A DNA stretch of 64,000 bases from Eledone cirrhosa (lineage: Eukaryota), in contig OZ024741.1 in the NCBI GenBank assembly GCA_964016885.1, positions 239,940,001 to 240,004,000 of the forward strand, in the 5' to 3' direction. Positions 63,777-64,000 of this stretch are shown piece after piece (position 1 is the first letter of the stretch; each line of letters begins with the position of its first letter). The notes under the pieces were generated by a model. That model saw only the letters and a list, made by a program, of their open reading frames with translations. It made no database searches and was not told where the DNA came from. Made by a program: the position numbers and the translations under genes.

Positions 63777-64000
63777 ATCAGTCTATACTGATGTGGGCCT
63801 AATCATCATCAACAACAACAAAAATATAACATGTATTCTTCAATTAACACTAGATTAATCCCACCCAAATGAAAAGTGAAAGTAATTATATATGAAGTTG
63901 CATATTAAAGATTTTTTGGTGAAATTTACTTCAGATAAGATAGTTTTTTTTTTCAATATTCATACATTTGTGATTCCTTGGATATAGGAACATATCAAAT

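Noticed and set aside
1-64000. CRISPR array or prokaryotic RT-based system
   Set aside because: Eukaryotic intron-exon context; the RTs are non-LTR retrotransposon types and there is no regular repeat-spacer array.

Overview
AT-rich, microsatellite- and transposon-dense animal genomic DNA, most consistent with a coleoid cephalopod, probably an octopod. This is inferred from the tandem protocadherin array plus RTE LINEs and tRNA-derived SINEs and was not verified by search. The window holds a head-to-tail array of five near-identical 6-cadherin-repeat protocadherin genes on the minus strand (A-E from left to right), plus the diverged promoter/first exon of a probable sixth gene (F) whose coding exon would lie off the left edge. 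Reading splice sites by hand gives a 4-exon unit that the ORF track misses: a conserved non-coding exon 1 with promoter cassette (off-window for E), a large exon 2 (792 codons: signal, EC1-6, TM, proximal tail), exon 3 (166 nt; 145 nt in A) and a terminal exon 4 ending ...KHV*. Predicted proteins are 872 aa (B-E) and 866 aa (A). Paralog differences concentrate in a few patches (EC1 F-G, EC2 A-B, EC3 F-G, EC4 A) that co-vary as matched EC1/EC4 and EC2/EC3 pairs, with gene C a mosaic. The rest appears homogenised, suggesting a conversion-driven combinatorial recognition code. Introns carry RTE LINEs, a CRE-like LINE fragment, Penelope-like remnants, Helitrons, MITEs and SINEs.
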